Positions 13,076-23,814 of a DNA stretch of 64,000 nt are shown one piece after another. This DNA is from Peribolospora baueri (taxonomy: Eukaryota): the NCBI GenBank assembly GCA_029717555.1, contig JAMDHS010000007.1:62001-126000 (forward strand). The letters are read 5' to 3'. How positions within the stretch are numbered: position 1 is the first letter of the stretch; each line of letters starts with the position of its first letter. Under the pieces are notes generated by a model that worked only from the letters and a program-made list of their open reading frames with translations, was not told the DNA's origin and did not search any database. The translations under genes and the position numbers were made by a program.

Positions 13076-15171
13076 TCACTCGCTGATCCATCCAGGGTCC
13101 ATGAAAACAGACTTCTGATCCGGATCGTGCATGCCCTCAAGATAAAGCCCCTCAAGCCTGTCCAAACTCGCGTCTCCGCTCAGGCTCATCGACTTGCCCT
13201 GGTGTCCCAAATGGTGGAACGACCCCGCCGCGCCGTCGTGCCCGGCCCCAACCCCGCCTCCATGACCCCATCCGTTTATCGGAGAGCTACTAGTGGAGCC
13301 AAGAGTCAAGCCAGCAAACCCACCGGAGCCGGAGGAGATGCCTAGCTCGGACACGCTAGCCGATCGGGAAGCCAGACCAAAACTGGAGAAGGGCCCACCG
13401 GTGAAAGAGGAGGAGGTCGTGGCTGTCTCCCACACCGCATCTGCCTGGGACGTGGGAGCTGGTGAAGACGTAAACGGCGGCGAGGTGAATGCGTGTTGGT
13501 GGGGATGATGATGAGAGAGGGCAAGCGGATGCGATTGCCACCCGTTCCGTGTGGCGGCGGCGGTCGTCGGCGGTGCGAGCGACCCGAGCGTGGGCGTGTC
13601 GGGTGTCTGACTCCAGTTAATGAGGTTGAGCACCTCGGTGGTGGACTGACTGGCGAGCGGATTGGGAGAGGCGCTCCCGTTGGAATGGAAGGAGAACTGT
13701 CCTCCCAACGTCAGATCCGGTGTCGACGCTCGACGGAAGCGTTTGCCCAGGCCGACCGTCTCGGACGACGAACGTTCGAACCGGGATGAGGTAAGGGCGG
13801 AGACGGGAAGGCTGCCCGTTCGTGCAGAGGGGGCGAGAGTCAAGGCGGCTGGGTCTATGCCACCGTCCGCGGCAAGCGTCATCTTCCCCGGCTCTAGGTG
13901 GCGGTGATGTTCCCGTTTGACCACGGGCGGACGACGCCCGCCGATGGATTCTGACAAGGCTGCCGTCTCCGCGTTTTTCACCAACGACTCGGTCTCGTCC
14001 TCTGGCTCCTTTTTCGTCGCTTTGGGCCCGCTGCGTCTCCCAGCCCGGCCCGTCGCGGTGCTCGTGCCCGCGCCGGACGGGTTTGCACCGGATGCAGCAG
14101 AAGTCTGAGCTGCCGCTGAAGCTGCTTCGGCGGCGGCGCTCGCCTTCTTCTTCGACACGGTCAAACGAGGCTTGTAGCCTTCCGACAAGTAGAGGTCGTA
14201 GAATCGGTTTCTGAAACGGTCGCGAAGGTCCGTAGACCGGCGCTCGTTGTTGATGAAGATGGGATCTCTGGCGATCTTGGACCACGATGTTCCGTACTGA
14301 CAAGGACAAGGAGGATATGTGCGCCTGGCCTGAGCGACATAGTGGACGAGTGCAGAGCGGTCCGACGACCGGCTAGCTCACCTTCTCGTACCCCCGTTTG
14401 AGTGCCACGTCTTCCTCCTCTGTGAACGGTCTCCTCTCGGCACCCTTGCCCTTCGCGAATATGCTCTTCCCGTCCTCCGTCCGGCTGCGCTCACCAGTGC
14501 GGATGTGCGTCTTGGCGTTCGGATACAGCTCACGATACGCGTCGGGGAAGTAGGTGCGAAATCGGTCTTTGAGGTCGACCGGCGTGCGGTTTTGAAACTG
14601 CAGGTTCGGATCCGCGAGCATGGCTGACCACTTGCCGACGCCCCACTTGGATCGGAAGGACGTATGGCAAGCGAGAGGTGGGACGTGGGAAGGATGGAAC
14701 CATGTCGGACGGGACGACCAAAGTCAGAATGTATGCTCGCCCGAGCGACGTGACCAGCTTGAGAGAGCGGAAAGGCCATCGATTTATACCACTCACGACG
14801 TTGCAACCTTTGACGAGCATCTCCGTCTCCTCCTCGCTCCAAAGCACCTTCTCCTTGCCCTTGCCTCTGCCTCCCCCCGGCCGCTCCGTCCGCTCCGCCT
14901 TAGGCTTGGCCTTGTCCGTGCAGCTCGGGGCAGCCTCTTCGGACTTTTCACACCGGTCCTTTGCAACCGCACCGCTGGATCCTGCCAAGTTCAAGCCGTT
15001 AGTCTGGGCCGTCCTGGAAGGCGTGCTCGGGACGGAACTCGATCTGGAGAGGAGCGCGGGCGAGATGGTGGGTTCGTCGGCCACAGCAAACAACGGCGGG
15101 GGCATGGTCGCAGAAGGAATGGAAGACGTGGGCATGGACGAAACACGGCTGTGGAGAGTAGAAGGGGACAT
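13076..15171 (-). CDS. Double Myb/telobox protein of the Tay1/Teb1(Mug152) type
   Basis: Spliced Myb1 WSEEETEMLVKGCNV|WGVGKWSAMLADPNLQFQNRTPVDLKDRFRT and Myb2 FTEEEDVALKRGYEK|YGTSWSKIARDPIFINNERRSTDLRDRFRN. A short extra 3' exon is possible. Confidence 0.85.
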
Positions 15172-15520
15172 GGAAGAGGGACGCTGGCGAGGAAAATGGT
15201 AGATGTCAAGGAGCGAGTCGTCCGAGGTCGGCAGCGATCACCACCGCGGCCATGGTCGTAATGGCACGTCTATTGAATTATATTTCAATACAATCCCATT
15301 TTAACAGGCTTGAACCCACTAGTCGCCGTCCTCTATAGGCCGACCTTAAGACTGCCTTCAGTCCGCGATGGGTGGCTTCTTAGTTACACACCAACACAAA
15401 GGGCTTCTACACACTGTAAAAGGAGCCAGCCAACGAGAAATTCGACGGACAGATACGGCATCATCGCACTAGAAGATGGGCGGTTCCGATATGAAGGGAG
15501 GGACAGGGCAACGAGGCGGA

Positions 15521-17109
15521 CTACGCTGTGACAGACTCTATACCCGACTCAGGGGAACGGCACTCGCTCTTGCTCGATGACCTGCTCCTCTTTGGAGACA
15601 TGTCGCCACCGCCCTCCTTTCCGTGGTCGTTGTCGTCGTTGTTGGTGGGCGGGGTCGACTGGTCGTTTTTATCTTCCCTGGGAACCCCATCTTCCTTGGG
15701 AGCCCCATCTTCCCTCGGAGCCCCCTCGCTCCGGTCGGCGCGCCCGTCCGGCTCCACACTGCCATCCCGGGCCTTCTCCTCGCGCCTCTCGCGCCTTGAA
15801 GGCAATGGAGACCGCTCCTGCTCCTGCTCCTTCCGCGCTCGCGCTCATCGTCGTACTTGTCCTCGCGATGGGAGGGGCGCCTGTCCGGATCATCCCTCGG
15901 CGACGGAGAGCGTCGAGAGGAGCGCCTGTCCAGATCATCCCTCGGCGACGGAGAACGCCGACGCCGGGGGGGCGGGGAACGGGAGCGACGACGACGGGTC
16001 GAAGGAGAACGACGGCGAGGAGGGGAACGAGAACGGCCGGAACGGCGACCCCCCCTTCCACCGTCGAAGCGCCAGGCCGAGGAGGGAGCGTTTTTGGCGT
16101 ACTAAAGAGGAGAGCGGAAGATGAGTTTTGACAAACATATGAGACTGACAGACATACAACCAGTTCGTCGAAGGGCCGCGTCGCGCTCACCTGAATGCTG
16201 ATGGCGTACGGCCCAAACCGGAGCCCGTGCAAATCGTAGTACGCATCCTGCCAAAGAAGGAGTAACGATAAGGATGCGTGCCTGCAACTGTCGAACAGAC
16301 CGGATCGCTCGCTCGCTCGCCAACTTACCTCTGCGTCACGCTCATTTGCGAACTCCACAAACGCATACCTAATCCACCGACACGCCGCGCCGATCAGATC
16401 CACACGCGACACCGATACCGATCGAGCAGAATTGCATCGCGTCCATCCAACAAAGCACCACCAATCCGCCACCAATCGTTCGTTCGACAAACAAGAAAGC
16501 ACAGGTTGAGCGTCTCGTTCGGTGTTTTCGTTTGTTCGTCCGTCCTTCCATCGTTCAACAGCGCCCTCGACGTCGTTTTCAAGCGTCCGCGAGAGGAGAT
16601 GATGGATGGAAGGGAAAGGTGGACGCCGACGTCTCGAGAACCGCGCGGTCGGGTGGCGGGCGTACTCCTTAATCTCGTCTCCCCAGTCCATCCTCGTGTC
16701 CTCATCAGCACGTGCGTGGGATGGCGGCACTACGGATGGACGAACGGGGAAAGCCATCATCCACAGCGGGACGAAAGCCAAGGAAGGAAGGGGATTGGAT
16801 AGGATACGGATAGGGGTAGTGACGGACGAGTAGTGGAGACAGAGACGGTACTCACGGTTTGGACGTGGGCGTGCGAGGGGCGGGAATGTCGCAGCGGACG
16901 AGGGGGCCCATCCTAGGGGAGGGTGCAAAAAAGGGAGGTAGGCGCCAATAAAGTCGGATCAGCAAGCTGATGGCCGGGTTGGCGCGAAGAGGTGGGGCGA
17001 CGGCGGGCTCAGGACCTCACCTCTCAAACTCGTAAGCCAACTCCCTGGCCCTCATATTGGGGGGGAAGCCGGCGACGAAGAGCGTAGTTTTTGCACCGCG
17101 GCGACTCAT
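15521..17109 (-). CDS. srp1: SR splicing factor (RRM + RS domain), Srp1-like, 5 exons
   Basis: MSRRGAKTTLFVAGFPPNMRARELAYEFER|MGPLVRCDIPAPRTPTSKP|YAFVEFANERDAE|DAYYDLHGLRFGPYAISIQ|YAKNAPSSAWRF...RSRSP repeats, matching the S. pombe Srp1 pattern. The C-terminal frame is ambiguous (stop at 15538 or 15521). Confidence 0.88.
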
Positions 17110-17948
17110 CTGTCTATTCGTCGGCGTTGGATGGTGGCAAGAAGAAAGGAGACGGAAGATTGTCGTGCGACCGCGATCGGATCGGTAATAACCCTACTTT
17201 TTTCGGCGCAAGCCTGACGCGGTCGGGCCACAACGCCTGCCGCAGTAAGTTGCGGGAGCGTGTTAGAGCGAGACTGTATTGCCGCACTTCCTTTTCTCCG
17301 AAGGCAAGTTTCTGCGCGACGAGAAGAGACGGGAAGAGGAAGGGATGCGAGACAGGGAGAAAATGCATGGATGGAAAGGGAAGAGAGAGTATGAGGAGAG
17401 GTGAAAAAGAAACACGAAACGAGGTCCGCAAGAGACGATACAAGACGAGACTAGGAAGCGGGTGACTTGGGGGAAGACACAGCGACATCAACTTCACGGC
17501 TATCAACTGGGCGTGCTTCGCGATTCTCATCAAGCATCGAAGTCTTAACACCTGTGAGTACAAACTAGACAAGTAAAGCAGGTGAAGTGGACGGACTGAG
17601 GATGACCGCGATGCCGAGCTTCTACCGCTACCGTTGCGCAGATGTCCTCCTGTTCGGAGTCGCAGGCTTCCTTGTCCTCGTCGGTCATTGCGCGTAGCAC
17701 CGTTTCCGTTCTCTTTCCCTCATCCGCCTCTTCCGGCCCCAGTAGTTCACCGTTGTCATTACCGTCATCGTCAGCATTCTCGGTCTGACTCTGGGACGCG
17801 TGTAGGCTACAAAGAAGGCCGTCGTAGGCAGAGAACGGAGAACGGAGGACGCAGGTCCGCCCCACCTTTCGCTCTCTCAGTTGTATTGCTCTCACCGCAC
17901 TGCCCGCTATCAGAATCGACTGCATTCCGTTCGGTCCCATCGATATCA

Positions 17949-20884
17949 TCATACGGGGTTTTTCGAAGCTTGCGCCAACAAGGCGGCGATATGAGCCGGT
18001 AGACCCCCTGCCCCAGTTGGTGCTGGTGGCGGTACCGTCGATGCTGCTGCCTTCGCCTGTGGCACGCCACCTCCGGCCTGGCTCGGAGGCGCACCAGCAG
18101 GCGGACCGGGCACGGGCGCTGGACGAGCGGGTAGCGCCGCCTGAGCCGGGGCCGGGACCCGAGCTGGAGCCTGAGCTGGAGCCTGAGCCGGTGGACCGGA
18201 TGCGTTCGCAGCTGCCGGCGGCTGTTGTAGAGCGGAGAGGAGCTGTTGCACCTTCTGCGCTTGCGCTAAACGATCATCTCCAGCCTTTGCGAACGGGTGA
18301 ACGAGAAACTTGTCAGCTTTTCACTCTCCACATCCTCTCCACCACGACGATGCTCACATTGACTTCGGCCCGCGCCGGCGGCGGCGCTCCCCGCGGGTCG
18401 CGAGCGTGGTCCTCTCTTGCAGGGCCGGCCTCGTACGGCAGCGGCGGGCGAGCCAGATCCTGCCATGCGGCCGGGGCAGGAGGAGGTGGCCGTCTGCGCT
18501 CGTCCTCGTACCTGGCATCGTAGTAGGCCCCTTCGTAGCGCGACTCGCTTTCTGGACGCCGTTCCGGAGGTGGCCGTCCGCCTCGAGTTGGTCGACGGTC
18601 ATCGCGAAAGCGGTGAGCCGGATCGGTATTGCTGCCTCTGTCGTCATTGTGCAGACGACGGTGAGCGAGATGCGACCAAGCCTTTCGTCGCCCACCAAAC
18701 CAGCTCACCTCTCTGAGACGGGCATGTCCCATGCAAACTTGATGTCCCACCTGCCGTCCGCAAACAGCTGGTTCTGCTCGCGATCATGGGCCAACTCGCA
18801 CGCTCTCGAGTCCCAGAACTCAATGAAGCGTTGACTGTCGAAGAAACATTGCCAGACCGATAGGTTGTACAGCTTGTGGGCATAACGCTGGGCCGTCACG
18901 TTCGCTAGATGACGACGTCGACTCACTTGGGATGGTCTTTGTACACCCTGATGCTTTTGATCTCTCCGTACTGACCGAATTGCCGTCTCAACCCCTCTTC
19001 GGGGATAGGGCTACGCGCAGCCGAATCCCGCAACGCAAGAAATAGCGTCCCTTGGTTCTTCTCTCGGTCGCATCTCTGCTTCTGCTCCTCCTCACGGGGT
19101 AGTGAGAAATGCACGTCGATCTGCGGTGTTGCACCAAACGTACGCCCGAGATGAGCTCCAAAGCTGGCAATGACACATCCCGCAATACCTCTACCCATCA
19201 CTCACCGGTCGACCGCCGACTTCGGCTCCCTGCAGACGCTCGCGAGCTAGCTCTGCAGCCCTAAGATCATACTACATAGACAGAGACAATACGAGGTGAG
19301 CGAATGCCAAAGAGTTGCACGCAGAATCTCGACGGTCGCATCGAAGTAGACACTAACGAACGTGACGAAAACCATGCCACGCTTGGCGATGAGATCGAAA
19401 AACGTCTTGATCTCGCCATATTGCTCGAACATGGCACGCATCTCAGGCGATGGCGTCTCGTACTGTTGTTGTGTTCGCAGGCAAATGGTCAGCATTCCGA
19501 TAGGGTGGCAAACACAACACAAAAAGTTGTTCGTTCGACCGTTCGGTTGACTGTCGAGTCCGGCCTCACCATGATGTTACGAATGAACAGAGTCCTGCAA
19601 GGCCGCTCCCTGGCTATCCTTTCCTCGATCAGCGCGACGTGGTCCGTGGACGTCTCCCTGTCCTCGTATCTCTCGCGCGGGTAATCTCGCTCTGCCTTCT
19701 GACGATGCTCATCTCTGCGACCATCGCGGGGAGGGTAGTCCTGCCGACCGCCTTCGAAGTAGTCCGGTCGGTCAAAGGAGCCGGCACGGTAAGGAGGGCG
19801 TGCGTCTTCGAAAGGACGGTACGGCTCCTCTCCGGCGTAATCACGTCGCGCTCTGCCACCGGAAAAGCGGCGCTCAGAGGAATAACCTGGCGACCGAAAC
19901 CTGTGTCGAGCGGGGGGTGCGCCAGAATAAGGATCTGTTGGCGACGACAACGAGGGATACGCCAGTCAGAAAGAGATATGACGGAAATGGAAAAGGCGAC
20001 ACCGTGATCGACAGGACCGGAAGCTCAGCAGCAGGAGGATGTCCTTTATGACGACACTCCAGCTTCGTAAGGGAATTCACTCTCAGGTGACTTAATCCTT
20101 GCGAGTACGCCTAACCGGTCCAGCCTGACTGGTCACATGAGCGGACGAATGACGAGGGCGTACCTTGGTATCTTCCTCTCTCATTCAGAGACCAGCTCGC
20201 ATTCGGATCCTTATATCTGGACGGAAATCCGCGTTCGTCCGCAGGAGGCGGCTGGTGAGCAAATGACGACTGCCAAGGCTCAGGAGGGGGAGGTCCGCTC
20301 GAAAAACCCTGCCGCGGCGGGGGCACTCCGCCGCTCCTCGCCATGGGCATATGAGACGACGCAGGGGGCAGCGGCGGCGTGTAAACATGTCGGTCCTGCT
20401 GTGAAGGACCGCCGCCGAAGCCGGGAGGTCCAAGTAGGGCAGACGAATACGGCGGAAGCGCTCCTGTAGGACCTGGCAGCTCGCTGGGAGGATACGACGC
20501 GTCATACGCGGAGCCCGATGCGGGCGGCGGCGGGAACCTTTGATCGTATGGGGGGAGAGGTGGCGGTGGGCGGTCATAGAGCGCCGGCGGCGGGGGTGCG
20601 AACGAGGGAGGCACATCCGGGCGTACCCTCGGCGGTGGAGGCTGTTCATACTGTGCGGAAGGACGGCCAAGGGTGCCGTTCGAATACCCGCCAGGGCTAT
20701 AGGGGTCCTCATAGTGCGGCGGAGGTGGGCCGGCTCGCCGACCAAAGTCGGTTAGTGGAGGGTACGGCGGGTTACCTCGCATGGGCGCACTGCCGCCGCG
20801 TGCAGGGGGCGGGCCTTGGTAGTCGGAAGCCCGGGAAGGTGGGGGTCGGTGGTCATACCCTCCGTAAGGGTGATGGTGACTCAT
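17949..20884 (-). CDS. Two-RRM RNA-binding protein (Mei2 RRM1/2-like) with Pro-rich low-complexity termini
   Basis: Exon 1 (20884-20164) splices in phase to 19934 (YQ-D-PY). It continues into RPCRTLFIRNI|YETPSPEMRAMFEQYGEIKTFFDLIAKRGMVFVTF|YDLRAAE...|IDVHFSLP...NQGTLF...FGQYGEIKSIR...QRFIEFWDSRA. Confidence 0.8.
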
Positions 20885-21770
20885 TTTGAAGCGGGATCTC
20901 AGGGTGGAACCTCAAAGCTCTCGGACGGTATCGCGGGTGCACGAAGACGAGATGAAGACCGAACAGCCTAAGAAGCCAGAGGGAAAATGAAGAGGCGAGG
21001 CGGACAACTGCTTTCCCTCACTGACTGTCGCAACTCGACGGACGACCAGTTCCGTTTTGACCTTGATGTCTCAATGCAACGTTCCAAAGCTGGACGAGCG
21101 GAGCAATCGCACGCAAGCCGACGCTCCGGGTGACGCTACTTATGTGTGCGAGAGGGCTCACAAGCCGTGTTCAACGACGCTCTTCAGGCAATAGGAGGCA
21201 AGCTCAGTCGCTCAGATCGGTCCTCGAAGCGGCGGTAATCAGGGTGGAGGTCAAACCGGCGCTTCTCTCCGCGCGATCGGGCACTGAGATGACAAGGCGA
21301 CTGAGCGGGACTGCGACGGCGGAGAGCAGTTGCGATTGCGAGGAGTCCTTCAGCACAGCGACACTGGTCTGACCGCTCAACAGGGGTGCGCTGTTCGGTG
21401 AAAACGAAGGGCGAAGGGGTCGCGGGGAAGGGAGGGGGGCTCGGTCCTAGGTGTGGTGGGGACAGCAGAGCGTGCAAATAGATGTCTGGCCGGGACGACG
21501 GGACGGGAGAAGGCCCGACCTGGAATTCCCACGCTCCACGTGGCCGCCTCTCCGTGCCCCCTCTCTGATCGGGCACGGGCAACGACGCTCGCGTTGCGCA
21601 GCCGGGCGAGCGAAGCCGGCTTTCGCTGATCATCATCACTCCTCCTCCTCGCAGTGTTACTCTCCTCTCTTCCAACCCTCTGTACACGCTTGCCCAGACT
21701 GCCCTGAGCAACGCGTTCGCCCTTATCAACCACCACTTCGGCCCACCTGTCTCACCTGCGTCCTCCCAGG

Positions 21771-22852
21771 ATGGCAGCTCCGCGGCAGAACCAGCGATTG
21801 TTTCAGTTCAAGCTCGTCTTGCTCGGTGAGTGAAGTGAAGTGAGCTCGAGATGAGAGAGAAAAAGAGAGAGAGAGTAACGCGGTTGCCTCGCCAATTCTA
21901 TCTTAACCGCATGTCTGCCCTTGCGACCGGCGCTTCGCTCACATTGCTCGTTCGCTCCATCGGAACGAACCCCCTTCCGGTCTAGGCGAGTCGGCCGTCG
22001 GCAAGTCCTCCCTCGTCTTGCGATTCGTCAAGGACTCTTTCGACGACTACCGCGAGTCGACCATCGGCGCCGCCTTTCTTACCCAGACGCTCGCCATAGA
22101 CGATGACACCACTATCAAGTTTGAGATCTGGGACACCGCCGGCCAGGAGAGGTACAAGAGCCTAGCGCCCATGTACTACCGTAACGCCAACGCAGCCATT
22201 GTCGTGTACGACATCACCCAGCCGGTGAGTGACCCCGACGTCGAACGGAAGAAGGAGTGGACACATGTTTCGTCGGCGTTTATACCCGTGGCTGAGCTCC
22301 TTTTCCCCTGCTCTCTAACCTCTTTCTTATTCCCTCACCTCTCGTCACCTCTCGTGTAGTCTTCTCTTGATAAAGCCAAGTCGTGGATCCGCGAACTCCA
22401 GCGTCAGGCCGACCCAAACATCGTCATCGCCCTCGCTGGCAACAAGGCGGACCTGGCGAGCCGGAGGGCTATCAGCGCGGAGGTGAGACCGCTCGTTCAT
22501 CTAAACGGGACTTTGTTCAAATGTGTTCTAGCCTGTGTGGTGGCGAGGGCAATGCGCCAGCGGGACACGCATGTGTTCACGAGATTTTTGTCCGACTTTT
22601 TCTACCGCACGCCAGGAAGCACAAAACTACGCTCTATCGGAGAACTTGCTCTTCCTCGAGACGTCGGCGAAGGACGCGACGAACGTGCACGAGCTGTTTG
22701 CGCAGATTGCTCGCAAGCTGCCTCTCGACACCGGTCGGGCTGGCAGAGGCGCTGGCGCGACGGGAGGGCCGGGAGGCTCTGCGAGGCAGGGGTCTGGAGT
22801 CGATCTGCGAGGCAGGGCAGGCATGGATGGCGGGGACGGCTGTAACTGCTGA
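21771..22852 (+). CDS. Rab5-family GTPase (Ypt5/Ypt52-like)
   Basis: [40 protein letters not shown] and ETSAK motifs, with a C-terminal CNC prenylation motif. Confidence 0.95.
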
Positions 22853-23483
22853 CCATGGGACGGTACCCTTTTCACCGCGTTTCATTGCCGGTGAGGTCGT
22901 TCCCTCCTCCCTCCCCCGCCTCCTCCTTCTTCGCACATGATCTATTACTCCAAGCTCCCCTCCATTACCCCCCGTTCTACCTTTGTATTTTTATCCTCCG
23001 CTACGAACCTTTTTTTTCCTTCATCATGCGACGCTACTTGCAAGACGTTTTCTCCTGGCCTCTTTTGCTTGAAGAGACTACCCTAGTCCAAGGTTTTTCC
23101 ATCTCCTTTTCTCAAATGACAAAACATTGCCGTTCTTTTGTTCGTGTCCCGCACCACACCTCGAGCGCTTGTCAACGCTGGACTGTATCAGGATGGCAAG
23201 ATTCGAGGCGGTCGAGTCTTTCTTTCACGTGGACCGGGTGACTTTGGCTGGCTGGCTGGCAGCAATCCGGCATCGTACTACGGAACACTGAGCTACCTCA
23301 CCAAGGACTTGCAACGCCCTGAGCCAATCGAGTCCCGCCGAGCCAGGGCTAGGCACATAGCCACCATTGATACCCCGTCAAAGGGGAAATCGCGGCCAAG
23401 TTTGGTTTTGTCGCTCATGTTGGCAAGGTTGATGCGTTAGGTTTCGGCGGTGATCCGGCTCGAGGTGGATAGTTATTGTGATT

Positions 23484-23564
23484 GTCGTCTTAGCCCGGGG
23501 GGTTGGCAGCAAACTCTACAAAACTGATTAACGAGTCTGAAGCCTACACCTGGGCTAAGACGAC
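23484..23564. repeat. Perfect 13-bp inverted repeat forming an extended stem-loop
   Basis: GTCGTCTTAGCCC (23484-23496) pairs with GGGCTAAGACGAC (23552-23564). The stem extends with G-U pairs. Confidence 0.85.
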
Positions 23565-23681
23565 TAACAGTAGAAGAATGACCACCAAGAGCATGCCGGT
23601 GGAGGCTACCCGCGTCCCTGCCGCAGCGATTGCCGCAGCAGCCCTCCGCCTCGTCTCCTCTCGTTGACGGTGGATCAAGAC

Positions 23682-23696
23682 TAGGGTTTAACCCTA
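23682..23696. promoter_or_regulatory. Palindromic telomere-repeat (telobox) element upstream of the TRF-like gene
   Basis: TAGGGTT-T-AACCCTA, about 120 bp upstream of ATG 23815. Confidence 0.5.
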
Positions 23697-23814
23697 CACC
23701 CCTCACCCCCACCCTCGGCTCGACCCACGCGCCGGCACCTTCTCAAGCACACGAAGGCAGGAAGGAAGGAAGGACGAACGAACGAAGAGCGCGCGCACGA
23801 AGGAATACATTCAT

